From the IMG/VR virus record IMGVR_UViG_3300027973_000032, positions 32,001-96,000 of that record: a stretch of 64,000 nt of DNA. The stretch is one strand, 5' to 3'. Below are positions 19,353-27,596 of this stretch, piece by piece. Position 1 is the first letter of the stretch. Every line of letters begins with the position of its first letter. The position numbers were made by a program, and so were the translations under genes. This DNA is from a virus. Under the pieces are notes generated by a model. The model was not told the origin of the DNA. It saw nothing but the letters and a program-made list of their open reading frames with translations, and ran no database searches.

Positions 19353-20140
19353 TTAAACTATACTACCACATTTACACTAGCACTAATAAGATGATCAGCC
19401 AAATGCTGATTGATCAACAACTACGACGCATACGCAACGCTGGCATTAACCAACATAACACCCAAATGAACTGCGTGATCACAGGTCCATGGTGGCAACC
19501 CGCTAAAGAACTGGTTGAACGCTTTGGTGGCTTCCGTATCTTAGAAACTAAGAACCAAGACGAAGAAGGCTTCTACGAAGGCCGCACACTACGCTACATT
19601 TGGCAAGACGCAAAGATGGACGATGGTATCTGCTTTGTACACACTAAAGGTTCAGCTTACCTCAGCGGAGAGAAACACGTCAACGGATGGAACCAACCCC
19701 GTAACATCACTGCTATAAACAGCTGGCGCTGGGCTATGGAATACTACACACTGGACCTGTGGCAGGATCGCATACACAACTTGAACACAGCCACTGACAC
19801 TGAAGGCATTATGATGTACCTAGACCCATTTTGGCACTATGCAGGTAACTTCTGGTGGGCTAAGGGCAGTCACATTAGACGACTACCAGACCCTACTAGA
19901 ATGGAAGCACCCTACGGTGATAGAATGAACCCCCGCGCTTGGCTTATGATCAATAAGGGACATCATATGAACTACTTTGATTGCTTGACTCAACCACGCA
20001 GCGATGGCCGTACTGGACCATTCCGCATGCACGAAGACGACTGCATGCCACACGTACTGGCTGAACGTAAGAGACTGACCCTTCTTAAAGATGCACTACG
20101 ACGCAACGACGGCGAAGCAGTTGCTCGCTACAGTAGGTAA
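19349..20140 (+). CDS. HTKG/GNFWW paralog 4
   Basis: YYHI, YEGRTL, FVHTKG, AGNFWWAKGSHIRRL. Confidence 0.65.
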   Translation: MIKLYYHIYTSTNKMISQMLIDQQLRRIRNAGINQHNTQMNCVITGPWWQPAKELVERFGGFRILETKNQDEEGFYEGRTLRYIWQDAKMDDGICFVHTKGSAYLSGEKHVNGWNQPRNITAINSWRWAMEYYTLDLWQDRIHNLNTATDTEGIMMYLDPFWHYAGNFWWAKGSHIRRLPDPTRMEAPYGDRMNPRAWLMINKGHHMNYFDCLTQPRSDGRTGPFRMHEDDCMPHVLAERKRLTLLKDALRRNDGEAVARYSR

Positions 20141-20147
20141 ATACTCA

Positions 20148-20378
20148 ATGAAAGACTTCGGCGAAATGATGATTGTTATGGGCATGATGCAGGTCATTGA
20201 ACAGGCCTACAAACTTAAACAACCTATCTCTTGGCGCACTGTATACAAAACACTGCGCTTAGATGAAAGCTTCTGGTCTGAAGACTATAGCATAGACGAA
20301 GAAATTGTGATAAACAACGACGCCGAACTATACCTGATCAAGGCCACACTGGAAAGTAAATTTACTACTAAACATTAA
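20148..20378 (+). CDS. Hypothetical protein
   Basis: MKDFGEM start after GTAAATA motif. Confidence 0.55.
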   Translation: MKDFGEMMIVMGMMQVIEQAYKLKQPISWRTVYKTLRLDESFWSEDYSIDEEIVINNDAELYLIKATLESKFTTKH

Positions 20379-20379
20379 T

Positions 20380-20934
20380 ATGCAACTGGTCTATCCCTTA
20401 GATTCATTTGAATACGAACAGACTGAAATTAAACAGATGTTTCTAGACGATTGGGACTGGATTAAAAATACTCAAAAATATAATCATATGGGCTCTGATT
20501 TACTCAGCGAGGACTTGATAGAAAAAAACTTCCCAATATTGACAAAAAATATTCGAAAATTAATGCACGAAGACGACGTCTTCACAGCGAGATTTTTTGC
20601 TACTAGACCCCATAGCTGCGGCGACGTACATATTGATATGAGAAAAGAAAGAACTTTGGTCAGAGACTGGAGCTTGAATTTACCCATCGAGAACTGTGAT
20701 AACACATATCATGAATGGTTCGATACACACAACGACCTACATACGGAGTCAAAATATAACTCTTTGTTTTGGAGAAACTACACTGCTGGCACACTGATCC
20801 ACAGCCACGAACTTACTGGACCTGCCATAATGAAAGTGTCAATTCCCCATAGGATTAATAATCCCCTAGACACTTTTAGATTGATACTGGGCATACGCAC
20901 AGAAAGTAATAGCTTTAACTACCCTTTGGTCTAG
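20380..20934 (+). CDS. Cupin/2OG-Fe(II)-fold-like protein
   Basis: VHID..SLNLPI..PHRI (HxD..H). Confidence 0.55.
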   Translation: MQLVYPLDSFEYEQTEIKQMFLDDWDWIKNTQKYNHMGSDLLSEDLIEKNFPILTKNIRKLMHEDDVFTARFFATRPHSCGDVHIDMRKERTLVRDWSLNLPIENCDNTYHEWFDTHNDLHTESKYNSLFWRNYTAGTLIHSHELTGPAIMKVSIPHRINNPLDTFRLILGIRTESNSFNYPLV

Positions 20935-21190
20935 CTGTGAGCCTTACTGGTCTAGAACTAATTGATACTTGATACTATTTGATCACTGATCGAGTGTACA
21001 GAGAACTGCTTAACGGCATCTAACCAACTAGACTCTGTACAACTCCATATACTATACACGCCATAACTGACTAAGTCAACTACTAATACAGCCAAAAGAG
21101 CTAGCTGTGAGCCTTTGCATATACAGCATATACAAATGGTCTAGCTGTGAACCTTTGCATACACAACAAATACAAAAGGTCTAGCTGTGG
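20928..21190. repeat. CTAGCTGTGA repeats; three copies at exact 40-bp period plus one upstream
   Basis: CTAGCTGTG(A/G) at 20931, 21101, 21141 and 21181. Units 21101-21140 and 21141-21180 are similar throughout. Confidence 0.85.
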
Positions 21191-21231
21191 GTATTACACA
21201 TACGCACACAAGCACACAGATAAATACACAC

Positions 21232-21414
21232 ATGATGGACTACATACCTTTACTCGTGCTCGTACCCTTGGCACTCATAGTACTATACCTAGTTGACTAC
21301 TACTGGGATGAAGCCGAAGGACTGTTTACCCTCACGTACCTACTGGCCATACTGAGCATACTCATAGGCTGGACTCTGACAGCGATACTAGACTATAACA
21401 TTTTCCTACCATGA
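21232..21414 (+). CDS. Small two-helix membrane protein
   Basis: Hydrophobic; after GATAAATA motif. Confidence 0.55.
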   Translation: MMDYIPLLVLVPLALIVLYLVDYYWDEAEGLFTLTYLLAILSILIGWTLTAILDYNIFLP

Positions 21415-21572
21415 TCCTGATCCCCCACATACTTTTGGTCATAACACTACTGTTCCTAACCACATACTGGCGCATTAAAGAAAGTCTCCTTTGGAGTGAA
21501 TGGGCTATATTCACTATACTACTACTAGGCCTACTGGCGGCCTTTGTACACGAAATTATACAAAACTTTTGA
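21411..21572 (+). CDS. Small two-helix membrane protein (53 aa)
   Basis: Hand translation MILIPHILLVITLLFLTTYWRIKE..; ATGA-coupled to the previous gene. Confidence 0.5.
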   Translation: MILIPHILLVITLLFLTTYWRIKESLLWSEWAIFTILLLGLLAAFVHEIIQNF

Positions 21573-21867
21573 ACCTACTGTGGACATGGTGGATCTTACT
21601 GTACAGAAAGATTCATAGAATCAACGTAGAACATGCTAGAACGCAAGGTGAGTATTTGTGCATAGCCAGTCTCCACCACAGTCCGCCCAAAATATTTCTA
21701 CTGTAGATACAGTTTTGCAACCGTTCAAAACTGTCATTGGCCCAGAAACATTACACTTTTCCACACCATTCTACACCTTTTAACACCTTTATACGGTACT
21801 AGTAGGCTGTGAACCTAGTAGTCGAGGAGACTTATTGGGTTGGCCCGAGCCGTAGTAAATAACTAGT

Positions 21868-22062
21868 ATGTATACAGTACAGTTAGACACAGCCACTATA
21901 GAGGCGCACTTGGAGCAATTAGCTTGGTGTCAAAGCCAGCGTTGGGTTCCGGGTCGAGATTTTTGGTTTGTTGGGATCAAATTACCTTTTGTGCCGGTAG
22001 AATGGCATTTTCAGGATCAAAAGAAGGCTGTATGGTTTAGTTTGTATTGGACTTCAGTGTAG
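21868..22062 (+). CDS. Small protein, F-x-L-x-W family
   Basis: AWCQ..WHFQDQKKAVWFSLYW; after GTAAATA. Confidence 0.6.
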   Translation: MYTVQLDTATIEAHLEQLAWCQSQRWVPGRDFWFVGIKLPFVPVEWHFQDQKKAVWFSLYWTSV

Positions 22063-22102
22063 TTGTTTCGTTCATAATAGTTATTGAAATCATAATTAGG
22101 AG

Positions 22103-22226
22103 GTTCTGAAGGTTAGAACAGTCATTCAGTCCAGAACTATCGTACGAATCAGAACTATTCTGGAGACTAGAACGTTCTGAAGGCTAGAACTATCATGCGG
22201 ATCAGAACTATTCTGGATTTCAGAAC
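22103..22226. repeat. Iteron-like array of seven AGAAC units at about 18-bp period
   Basis: AGAAC at 22115, 22133, 22151, 22169, 22186, 22204 and 22222. Confidence 0.85.
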
Positions 22227-22382
22227 AATTGTCGCGGAAAAACAACGAAGGTGCAGGAAAACAACACCGGTTGACAGAATTCTCCTTTTCCAATCCAAAC
22301 TCATTCTGGAATTCATAATGACCAAACCTGTTAGGCAGCCTCGCCGTCCACCCCCAGTATGCCTGTTCGAACACATGCTCAT

Positions 22383-22431
22383 ATTATAGCTGAATCACTG
22401 TGGGCCGTCAATAGTGTTGCAGATTCACAAC
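22383..22431 (-). promoter_or_regulatory. Leftward promoter with GTTG-N8-CAAC box
   Basis: On the minus strand: box 22416-22431, 4 bp, TTGACG (22406-22411)-17-TATAAT (22383-22388). Confidence 0.75.
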
Positions 22432-22432
22432 A

Positions 22433-22481
22433 GTAGTGAAAAAACAACAGCATTGACGTAGCCCCCAACTGACACTATAAT
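22433..22481 (+). promoter_or_regulatory. Box promoter 1
   Basis: GTAG-N8-CAAC, 4 bp, TTGACG-17-TATAAT. Confidence 0.8.
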
Positions 22482-22487
22482 AACAAC

Positions 22488-22844
22488 ATGGCGACACAGA
22501 CACAGGAGCACAAGATGCAAGTCACAGCAAAGATTCTTCTCTTAGACCCAGAGTACATGGGCCAGTTCTACTTCAAACCTAACCCACGTGAGACTGCACG
22601 AGAGCTGTTGGCCAAGGACCTTTACACTGAGCAAGGCCAGTTCACGCTGAACGTCACTGACAGTGAAGACGCGGCGGAGTTCTTGTTCGATCTTACCAAC
22701 AATCCCAGCAAGGATGACTTGCGGGCTGTACTGTACGGACGTGGTCGTTCGCTCAGTGTGGGCGACATTGTTGACGTAGACGGTGAGCTTTTGCTCTGTG
22801 CTAACACGGGATGGCAGCGTGTTGCATACGCACAACAGGCTTGA
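22488..22844 (+). CDS. YodL-like domain protein
   Basis: GRSLSVGDIV motif; second in-frame ATG at 22515 with GGAGC SD. Confidence 0.6.
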   Translation: MATQTQEHKMQVTAKILLLDPEYMGQFYFKPNPRETARELLAKDLYTEQGQFTLNVTDSEDAAEFLFDLTNNPSKDDLRAVLYGRGRSLSVGDIVDVDGELLLCANTGWQRVAYAQQA

Positions 22845-22869
22845 CGTAGGGCCGCAAAGGCCTTATACT
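22821..22869 (+). promoter_or_regulatory. Box promoter 2
   Basis: GTTG-CATACGCA-CAAC, 4 bp, TTGACG-17-TATACT. Confidence 0.8.
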
Positions 22870-22898
22870 AAGAACATGGACACAAAGGAGCGAACGAT

Positions 22899-23102
22899 AT
22901 GATGGCAGGATTTAGTACTATGGCCAGTTTGGCGGCCAGTCGTGTGCGGCTATTAATGCAACAGACGGACATGGAACGTCCAGCTGATTTGATTGCAGAT
23001 ATTATGCACTACTGTAAGGCAGAGGGCATTGAGTTTGATGCTGAAGTCAATGTGGCCGAATTGTACGTGTCAGAAGAAGAAGGATATGATGATGCAAATT
23101 GA
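22899..23102 (+). CDS. Hypothetical protein
   Basis: GGAGC SD; DLIADIMHYC motif. Confidence 0.7.
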   Translation: MMAGFSTMASLAASRVRLLMQQTDMERPADLIADIMHYCKAEGIEFDAEVNVAELYVSEEEGYDDAN

Positions 23103-23307
23103 TGGCCTAACAGATGAGCAATACGAGATTGCCGAAACTCTTTGGAACTGTGAAACAGAAGACGAAGTTAGGGAAGTCATTGACCAAATTGGCAGTGAAG
23201 CATATAGTGTATACCAATTGATGGTGGCCGCACACTTTGATGAGAATTGTACTGATGTCAGTGAAGCGGCGGAGTATTTAAATTCAATTAGGGGATGTTA
23301 TGAGTAA
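23089..23307 (+). CDS. Hypothetical acidic protein
   Basis: AAGGA SD; overlaps neighbours; start approximate. Confidence 0.6.
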   Translation: MMQIDGLTDEQYEIAETLWNCETEDEVREVIDQIGSEAYSVYQLMVAAHFDENCTDVSEAAEYLNSIRGCYE

Positions 23308-23560
23308 GCTTGCATTCATTGGTAGGCCTTGGGTTGCATTTGATGCAGCCAATGCTAATCATCGTCAACAGTTTGCACAATTCCAACGTTTGGGTACTTG
23401 GGGTAAGTGTCCAGTTCGTTTTATTATTTCAGATGATCACGGCGACTTAATCACTATGATACAGCGACGACTTATTGAGTATTACATCAATCAGGAGTTT
23501 GGTCGCAGTGAGTTCCTCCGTCGTACAAATACAACGGCTGTTGACACAAAGACAGCCTGA
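23300..23560 (+). CDS. Hypothetical protein
   Basis: RPWVAFDA..HR..WGKCPVRF. Confidence 0.65.
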   Translation: MSKLAFIGRPWVAFDAANANHRQQFAQFQRLGTWGKCPVRFIISDDHGDLITMIQRRLIEYYINQEFGRSEFLRRTNTTAVDTKTA

Positions 23561-23569
23561 CGTTATACT
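23520..23569 (+). promoter_or_regulatory. Box promoter 3
   Basis: GTCG-N8-CAAC, 5 bp, TTGACA-17-TATACT. Confidence 0.75.
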
Positions 23570-23599
23570 ATTGAAACAGTAACGCAACGGAGCAAAGAT

Positions 23600-23884
23600 A
23601 TGTGGACCACAGACAATCAACGTGAACTGAGTGCGGCACTTGACCTCATGTATGAGGACCAAGGAGCCCAATTCACTTCAGGCTATGCTAACAGCTTGGC
23701 AGTAGAGATGTTGAACTCCTTGCCCAAACGCCGGCAAAAAGAATTCATCAAACAGGTACAGACCTTCAATGGTCGTCAGCTGGTCAAAGTAAAGCATCTG
23801 TTGACTGGTGCTGAGGTAGAGATCCGTAGGAGTGAGCGTGGTACCTGTGTTGACCCCAGCACGGAACGGTATCACACTATGTGA
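23600..23884 (+). CDS. Hypothetical protein
   Basis: GGAGC SD; ends CVDPSTERYHTM. Confidence 0.7.
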   Translation: MWTTDNQRELSAALDLMYEDQGAQFTSGYANSLAVEMLNSLPKRRQKEFIKQVQTFNGRQLVKVKHLLTGAEVEIRRSERGTCVDPSTERYHTM

Positions 23885-23885
23885 T

Positions 23886-23934
23886 GTTGTATGCATACAA
23901 CGGCCTAGACAAACTGGGCCGTTGAAGTTATACT
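23886..23934 (+). promoter_or_regulatory. Box promoter 4
   Basis: Perfect palindrome GTTGTATGCATACAAC, 4 bp, TAGACA-17-TATACT. Confidence 0.8.
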
Positions 23935-23965
23935 AATGAAACAGTAACGCAACGGAGCAACAAAG

Positions 23966-24199
23966 ATGGCAAATTCCAGATTCCCAAACATGAGCTATTG
24001 TATGTGTGAGAATACAGTAGCGGCCCTAGTCCAGATTATTGAGCACATGGACGAGGATCCTGAGAACTTCCTGCAAGACTTGAGCATGACGGAATTGAAT
24101 TCGTTCAATCGTTTATACGAGCTCTGCAAAGAGTTTCGTAGGACTGCGGACTTTGTTGCTGAAATTGCCGATGAACTTGCATTATCAACTGAGGAGTAA
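23966..24199 (+). CDS. Hypothetical protein
   Basis: GGAGC SD; NMSYCMCENT motif. Confidence 0.7.
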   Translation: MANSRFPNMSYCMCENTVAALVQIIEHMDEDPENFLQDLSMTELNSFNRLYELCKEFRRTADFVAEIADELALSTEE

Positions 24200-24204
24200 T
24201 TAGC

Positions 24205-24399
24205 ATGAACTTGACATATAAAGATCTCAAAGACTTTTTAGAAACTCTTACTGCCGAGCAATTGGCCTGTAATGTGTCTGTATATACTGGAGACACTGAC
24301 GAAGCCTATCCTGTATTTGCCGCTGGGTTTAATACTAAAGAGGAAATGGGCGAAGAGTTAGATACATTAGATCCTGGCCATCCTATTCTATTGTTTTAA
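24205..24399 (+). CDS. Hypothetical protein
   Basis: GAGGAG SD. Confidence 0.65.
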   Translation: MNLTYKDLKDFLETLTAEQLACNVSVYTGDTDEAYPVFAAGFNTKEEMGEELDTLDPGHPILLF

Positions 24400-24411
24400 G
24401 GAGTAATTAGC

Positions 24412-24705
24412 ATGAACGCAGATCAAATTGCCAAATCCATTCGTTTCACGCCCTGGACCAATGACGACCTTACCAAATTCGTTGATGCTGTCAAGTATGC
24501 GCGAGCCCAATTGGTTCGTAATAACATTAGGGAATTCGTTGAAGGCGATGCTGTTCGTTTTAACAGTCGTAAACACGGCCTTATTGGTGGCATTGTAGAG
24601 CATGTGGCAATTAAGTATGTCACAGTCCGTAGTCCAGTAGGCTTATTCCGTGTGCCAGCTAACATGCTGACACGGCGTGAACAACCAATGGTTGCCTTTG
24701 CCTAA
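24412..24705 (+). CDS. SH3-like hypothetical protein
   Basis: GDAVRF..G.VE.VAIKYVTV..FRVPANML; AAGGAG SD. Confidence 0.65.
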   Translation: MNADQIAKSIRFTPWTNDDLTKFVDAVKYARAQLVRNNIREFVEGDAVRFNSRKHGLIGGIVEHVAIKYVTVRSPVGLFRVPANMLTRREQPMVAFA

Positions 24706-24707
24706 TT

Positions 24708-24756
24708 GTTGTAAGAACGCAACGGGCTAGACACACTGGCCCAACGATAGTATACT
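24708..24756 (+). promoter_or_regulatory. Box promoter 5
   Basis: GTTG-TAAGAACG-CAAC, 4 bp, TAGACA-17-TATACT. Confidence 0.8.
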
Positions 24757-24785
24757 AGTGAAACAGTAACGCAACGGAGCACGTG

Positions 24786-24950
24786 ATGAAGAAAGGCATT
24801 TACCTTACAGTAGAGCAGACAGTAGAGATTCTCAGTAACACAGATTCGTTTGTGTTGGAAGAGATCTTAGAGCGATTGGTTGAGAGTGATCCAGGCACTG
24901 CCTACGTGATTCAAACCATTCTCAATAACTTGGAAAAGGAAATGGCATGA
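24786..24950 (+). CDS. Hypothetical protein (54 aa)
   Basis: Hand translation MKKGIYLTVEQ..; GGAGC SD. Confidence 0.6.
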   Translation: MKKGIYLTVEQTVEILSNTDSFVLEEILERLVESDPGTAYVIQTILNNLEKEMA

Positions 24951-25038
24951 GCGGTGACAAAGGTGATCGCATGGTAGCCATTGCAATGGCTGCATGTTTT
25001 GCTGTTCTTACTTGTTTGACTATTAAAGGATATCTATA

Positions 25039-25515
25039 ATGGGTACTCGTAGCCGCATTGGTGTTAAGGTCAATGGTGTATACCTCAGCGTATATTGTCA
25101 TTGGGATGGTTATGCAGAACATAACGGTGCAATCCTTATGGCTCACTACAATGATCAGGCCCGGGTTGAAGAGCTTGTATGCATGGGCGATATGAGCACG
25201 CTAGGCAAAGACATTGGTGAGAAGCATGGCTTTAGCAGCCGTGACATGGATATCCCATACGAGAAGTTTGAAGAACTCTATGGCGATATGTGTACCTTTT
25301 ACGGACGTGATCGAGACGAAACTGATGTAGGCTTTAAGACTGCTGCCACTGTTAAAGACTTCCTTGACCAATGTGAAAGCTGTGGTGCTGAATACTACTA
25401 CATCTTCAACAATGGTGAATGGCTATATGGTAGCCTACATGAACGTGACGACGAGTACTATACGTTCGTTTCGTTGCGTACGGTATTTGCCAAGAAAGAA
25501 AGGGAAGCAGCATGA
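25039..25515 (+). CDS. Phage hypothetical protein, MGTRS../YCHWDGY family
   Basis: MGTRSRIG..SVYCHWDGY..FYGRDR..EYYYIF. Confidence 0.75.
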   Translation: MGTRSRIGVKVNGVYLSVYCHWDGYAEHNGAILMAHYNDQARVEELVCMGDMSTLGKDIGEKHGFSSRDMDIPYEKFEELYGDMCTFYGRDRDETDVGFKTAATVKDFLDQCESCGAEYYYIFNNGEWLYGSLHERDDEYYTFVSLRTVFAKKEREAA

Positions 25516-25663
25516 ACTCAGCACAAACAGTAGAAGTCATTGTGCGTCTGTATATTGAAAAGGATGCAGACGTCAATGAAGTATTGCAAGAGATGGATTA
25601 CAGTTTCAAGTATCCAGGCATTCTAGCCACAGAGATTGTGGATGTGAACACAGAGATTTGACT

Positions 25664-25712
25664 GTTGTACTCTTACAACAGAGTTGACAGGGCGTGGGGT
25701 AGGCTATATAAT
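25664..25712 (+). promoter_or_regulatory. Box promoter 6
   Basis: GTTG-TACTCTTA-CAAC, 4 bp, TTGACA-17-TATAAT. Confidence 0.85.
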
Positions 25713-25745
25713 ATTGAAACTGTAACAAAGAGTTGGAGCAAATAG

Positions 25746-26621
25746 ATGCCTAAGATGATCACTATGGAGACCATGCAGTTAAAAAAAGCACCCGTTCGCA
25801 CAGAGAGCCTTGCACAAGAACCAAGTAAGAAGGTTCTCAAAGAGACTGATGACCAAATCAAAAGTCGTCTACGTGAACGTTTCCAAGTACTTGAAGACAT
25901 GACTCGTGCCGTAAAGAAAGGCCAAGTACGAGCAATGATTGTAAGTGGTCCACCTGGAGTGGGCAAGAGCTTTGGTGTTGAAGCTGTATTAAGTAAACAC
26001 GACACAATGGCCAATATCGCTGGCAATGAAAAGCTCAAAAAGTATGAAGTAGTCAAAGGTGCAATGAGTGCATTGGGTCTCTACAAGAAGCTGTTTGAGT
26101 TTAGTGGCACAAAGAATATCCTTGTGTTCGATGACTGTGATAGTGTATTGTTAGATGACTTGTCGCTGAACATTCTCAAAGCAGCATTGGACAGTGGCAA
26201 GAAGCGTATGATTCACTGGAATACGGAGAGTCATGCATTGAATAGAGATGGCATTCCAGACAGCTTTGAGTTTAAAGGTGGTGCAATCTTTATCACCAAT
26301 ATCAAGTTTGACAATGTAAAGAGTCGCAAACTGCGTGACCATTTAGAAGCATTGGAGAGCCGTTGCCATTATTTGGACCTGACCATTGACACTGATCGTG
26401 AGAAGATCTTACGTATTAGACAGATCATTGAAGATGGCATGTTAGATGAGTATGAGTTTGGTGATGATGGACGTGAAGCCGTTATTCACTTCATTGACAC
26501 TCACAAGACTGAATTGCGTGAGTTGTCATTGCGTATGGTATTAAAGATTGCAGATCTCAAAGCATCGTTCCCAGACCGTTGGGAGAATGTTGCAAAGATG
26601 ACTTGTATGCGTCGTAATTAA
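25746..26621 (+). CDS. AAA+/P-loop ATPase
   Basis: Walker A GPPGVGKS, Walker B LVFDDCD, FITN, ALESRC. Confidence 0.85.
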   Translation: MPKMITMETMQLKKAPVRTESLAQEPSKKVLKETDDQIKSRLRERFQVLEDMTRAVKKGQVRAMIVSGPPGVGKSFGVEAVLSKHDTMANIAGNEKLKKYEVVKGAMSALGLYKKLFEFSGTKNILVFDDCDSVLLDDLSLNILKAALDSGKKRMIHWNTESHALNRDGIPDSFEFKGGAIFITNIKFDNVKSRKLRDHLEALESRCHYLDLTIDTDREKILRIRQIIEDGMLDEYEFGDDGREAVIHFIDTHKTELRELSLRMVLKIADLKASFPDRWENVAKMTCMRRN

Positions 26622-26627
26622 TTCCCG

Positions 26628-26686
26628 TCAAAAACTCGTCGCTCCCGAGTTTTTGAATCCCCCGTCGCTCCCGGGGGATTTTTTTT
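26628..26686 (+). ncRNA. Twin-hairpin RNA with identical UCGCUCC loops; second hairpin doubles as terminator
   Basis: TCAAAAACTCG-TCGCTCC-CGAGTTTTTGA then ATCCCCCG-TCGCTCC-CGGGGGAT plus T tract. Confidence 0.65.
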
Positions 26687-26687
26687 G

Positions 26688-26736
26688 GTTGCATAGAAAC
26701 AACACCATTGACTGAACTACTCAAAGGCACTATACT
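26688..26736 (+). promoter_or_regulatory. Box promoter 7
   Basis: GTTG-CATAGAAA-CAAC, 4 bp, TTGACT-17-TATACT. Confidence 0.8.
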
Positions 26737-26742
26737 AAGAAC

Positions 26743-27012
26743 ATGGACAAAACGAAACTGGAGTACAAGATGGCACGTAAGCAAACCAACTACCTTTTGG
26801 AACTCATCGACAGCGGCATGCTCAGTGCTGATGACGTCGTTACTATGGCACTCAAGTACATGAGTGAAGACGAAGTCGCTGACATGATGCGGGTTAACGA
26901 CATCCTTGTTGAAGACGATGAAGAGTTTGGGGACGACGATGATCAGGCAGAAGAATGGCACGACAGCGTCAGCGAGTCACAAGAATGGCACGACTACGAC
27001 GAAGATTGTTGA
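26743..27012 (+). CDS. Hypothetical protein with acidic tail
   Basis: In-frame ATGs at 26743 and 26770; LKYMSEDEVADM motif. Confidence 0.7.
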   Translation: MDKTKLEYKMARKQTNYLLELIDSGMLSADDVVTMALKYMSEDEVADMMRVNDILVEDDEEFGDDDDQAEEWHDSVSESQEWHDYDEDC

Positions 27013-27013
27013 T

Positions 27014-27062
27014 GTTGTAAGCATACAACGGGCTTGCTCAAAAGGCCCGTTGGAGTTATACT
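27014..27062 (+). promoter_or_regulatory. Box promoter 8
   Basis: GTTG-TAAGCATA-CAAC, 4 bp, TTGCTC-17-TATACT. Confidence 0.8.
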
Positions 27063-27068
27063 AAGAGC

Positions 27069-27245
27069 ATGGACACACAGGAGCACAAGATGAAGACAGA
27101 CAAAGCACAACAGGCCGTAATCCAACTGCTTAAGAGCAAGTTGGCTCGGGAAGACGAAGCAACGGTAAAGGCTGCTTTCTTTAACGTGTTCAAAGACATT
27201 GATCAGAAGTTGGCTCGTGTACTGTGGCTGGAGGCAAAGGTATGA
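27069..27245 (+). CDS. Hypothetical protein
   Basis: Hand translation; in-frame ATGs at 27069 and 27090 (GGAGC SD). Confidence 0.6.
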   Translation: MDTQEHKMKTDKAQQAVIQLLKSKLAREDEATVKAAFFNVFKDIDQKLARVLWLEAKV

Positions 27246-27382
27246 CCGCACAAGAATTGATTGACTTGTTGACGAAGTTAGATCCCAATAAAGAGATACT
27301 GATCTATGATGGATCGTGGGATCAAAACAAGTCAATCAGCGAAGTAGAAGTTAACGAAGACGGCGACGTCGTTATTTGGTAA
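27242..27382 (+). CDS. Hypothetical protein (46 aa)
   Basis: MTAQELIDLLTKLDPNKEI..; ATGA-coupled. Confidence 0.55.
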   Translation: MTAQELIDLLTKLDPNKEILIYDGSWDQNKSISEVEVNEDGDVVIW

Positions 27383-27392
27383 GGAGAACATA

Positions 27393-27596
27393 ATGGCACG
27401 AATGAAAGAACTTTACGAAGATGTTAGGGAAATGTTCGAACAGGGCCTTAGCGATGCAGCCATTGCCTATGCCACTGGTCAACCCATTGAATTGATACAA
27501 GACTGCACGGCGCAGTTCATTGACGAAGATGAAGAAGGCTTTGACTTCGACCAAGTGGCTGCGGATGACTTTTCCTTCGACGAAATAGAGTATTAA
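27393..27596 (+). CDS. Acidic hypothetical protein, possible HTH
   Basis: AAGGAG SD; GLSDAAIAYATGQPIELI. Confidence 0.65.
   Translation: MARMKELYEDVREMFEQGLSDAAIAYATGQPIELIQDCTAQFIDEDEEGFDFDQVAADDFSFDEIEY

Noticed and set aside
20928-21190. Mini CRISPR array
   Set aside because: The sequences between the cores resemble each other (tandem duplication), the core is only about 10-18 bp, and no cas gene is present.
22103-22226. CRISPR array or alphaproteobacterial LexA boxes
   Set aside because: An 18-bp period is too short for CRISPR. The spacing does not fit the GTTC-N7-GTTC direct repeat.
22126-22389. Three overlapping ORFs over the iteron array
   Set aside because: Their translations merely reflect the DNA repeats and lack an SD; treated as non-coding, though a leaderless peptide is not excluded.
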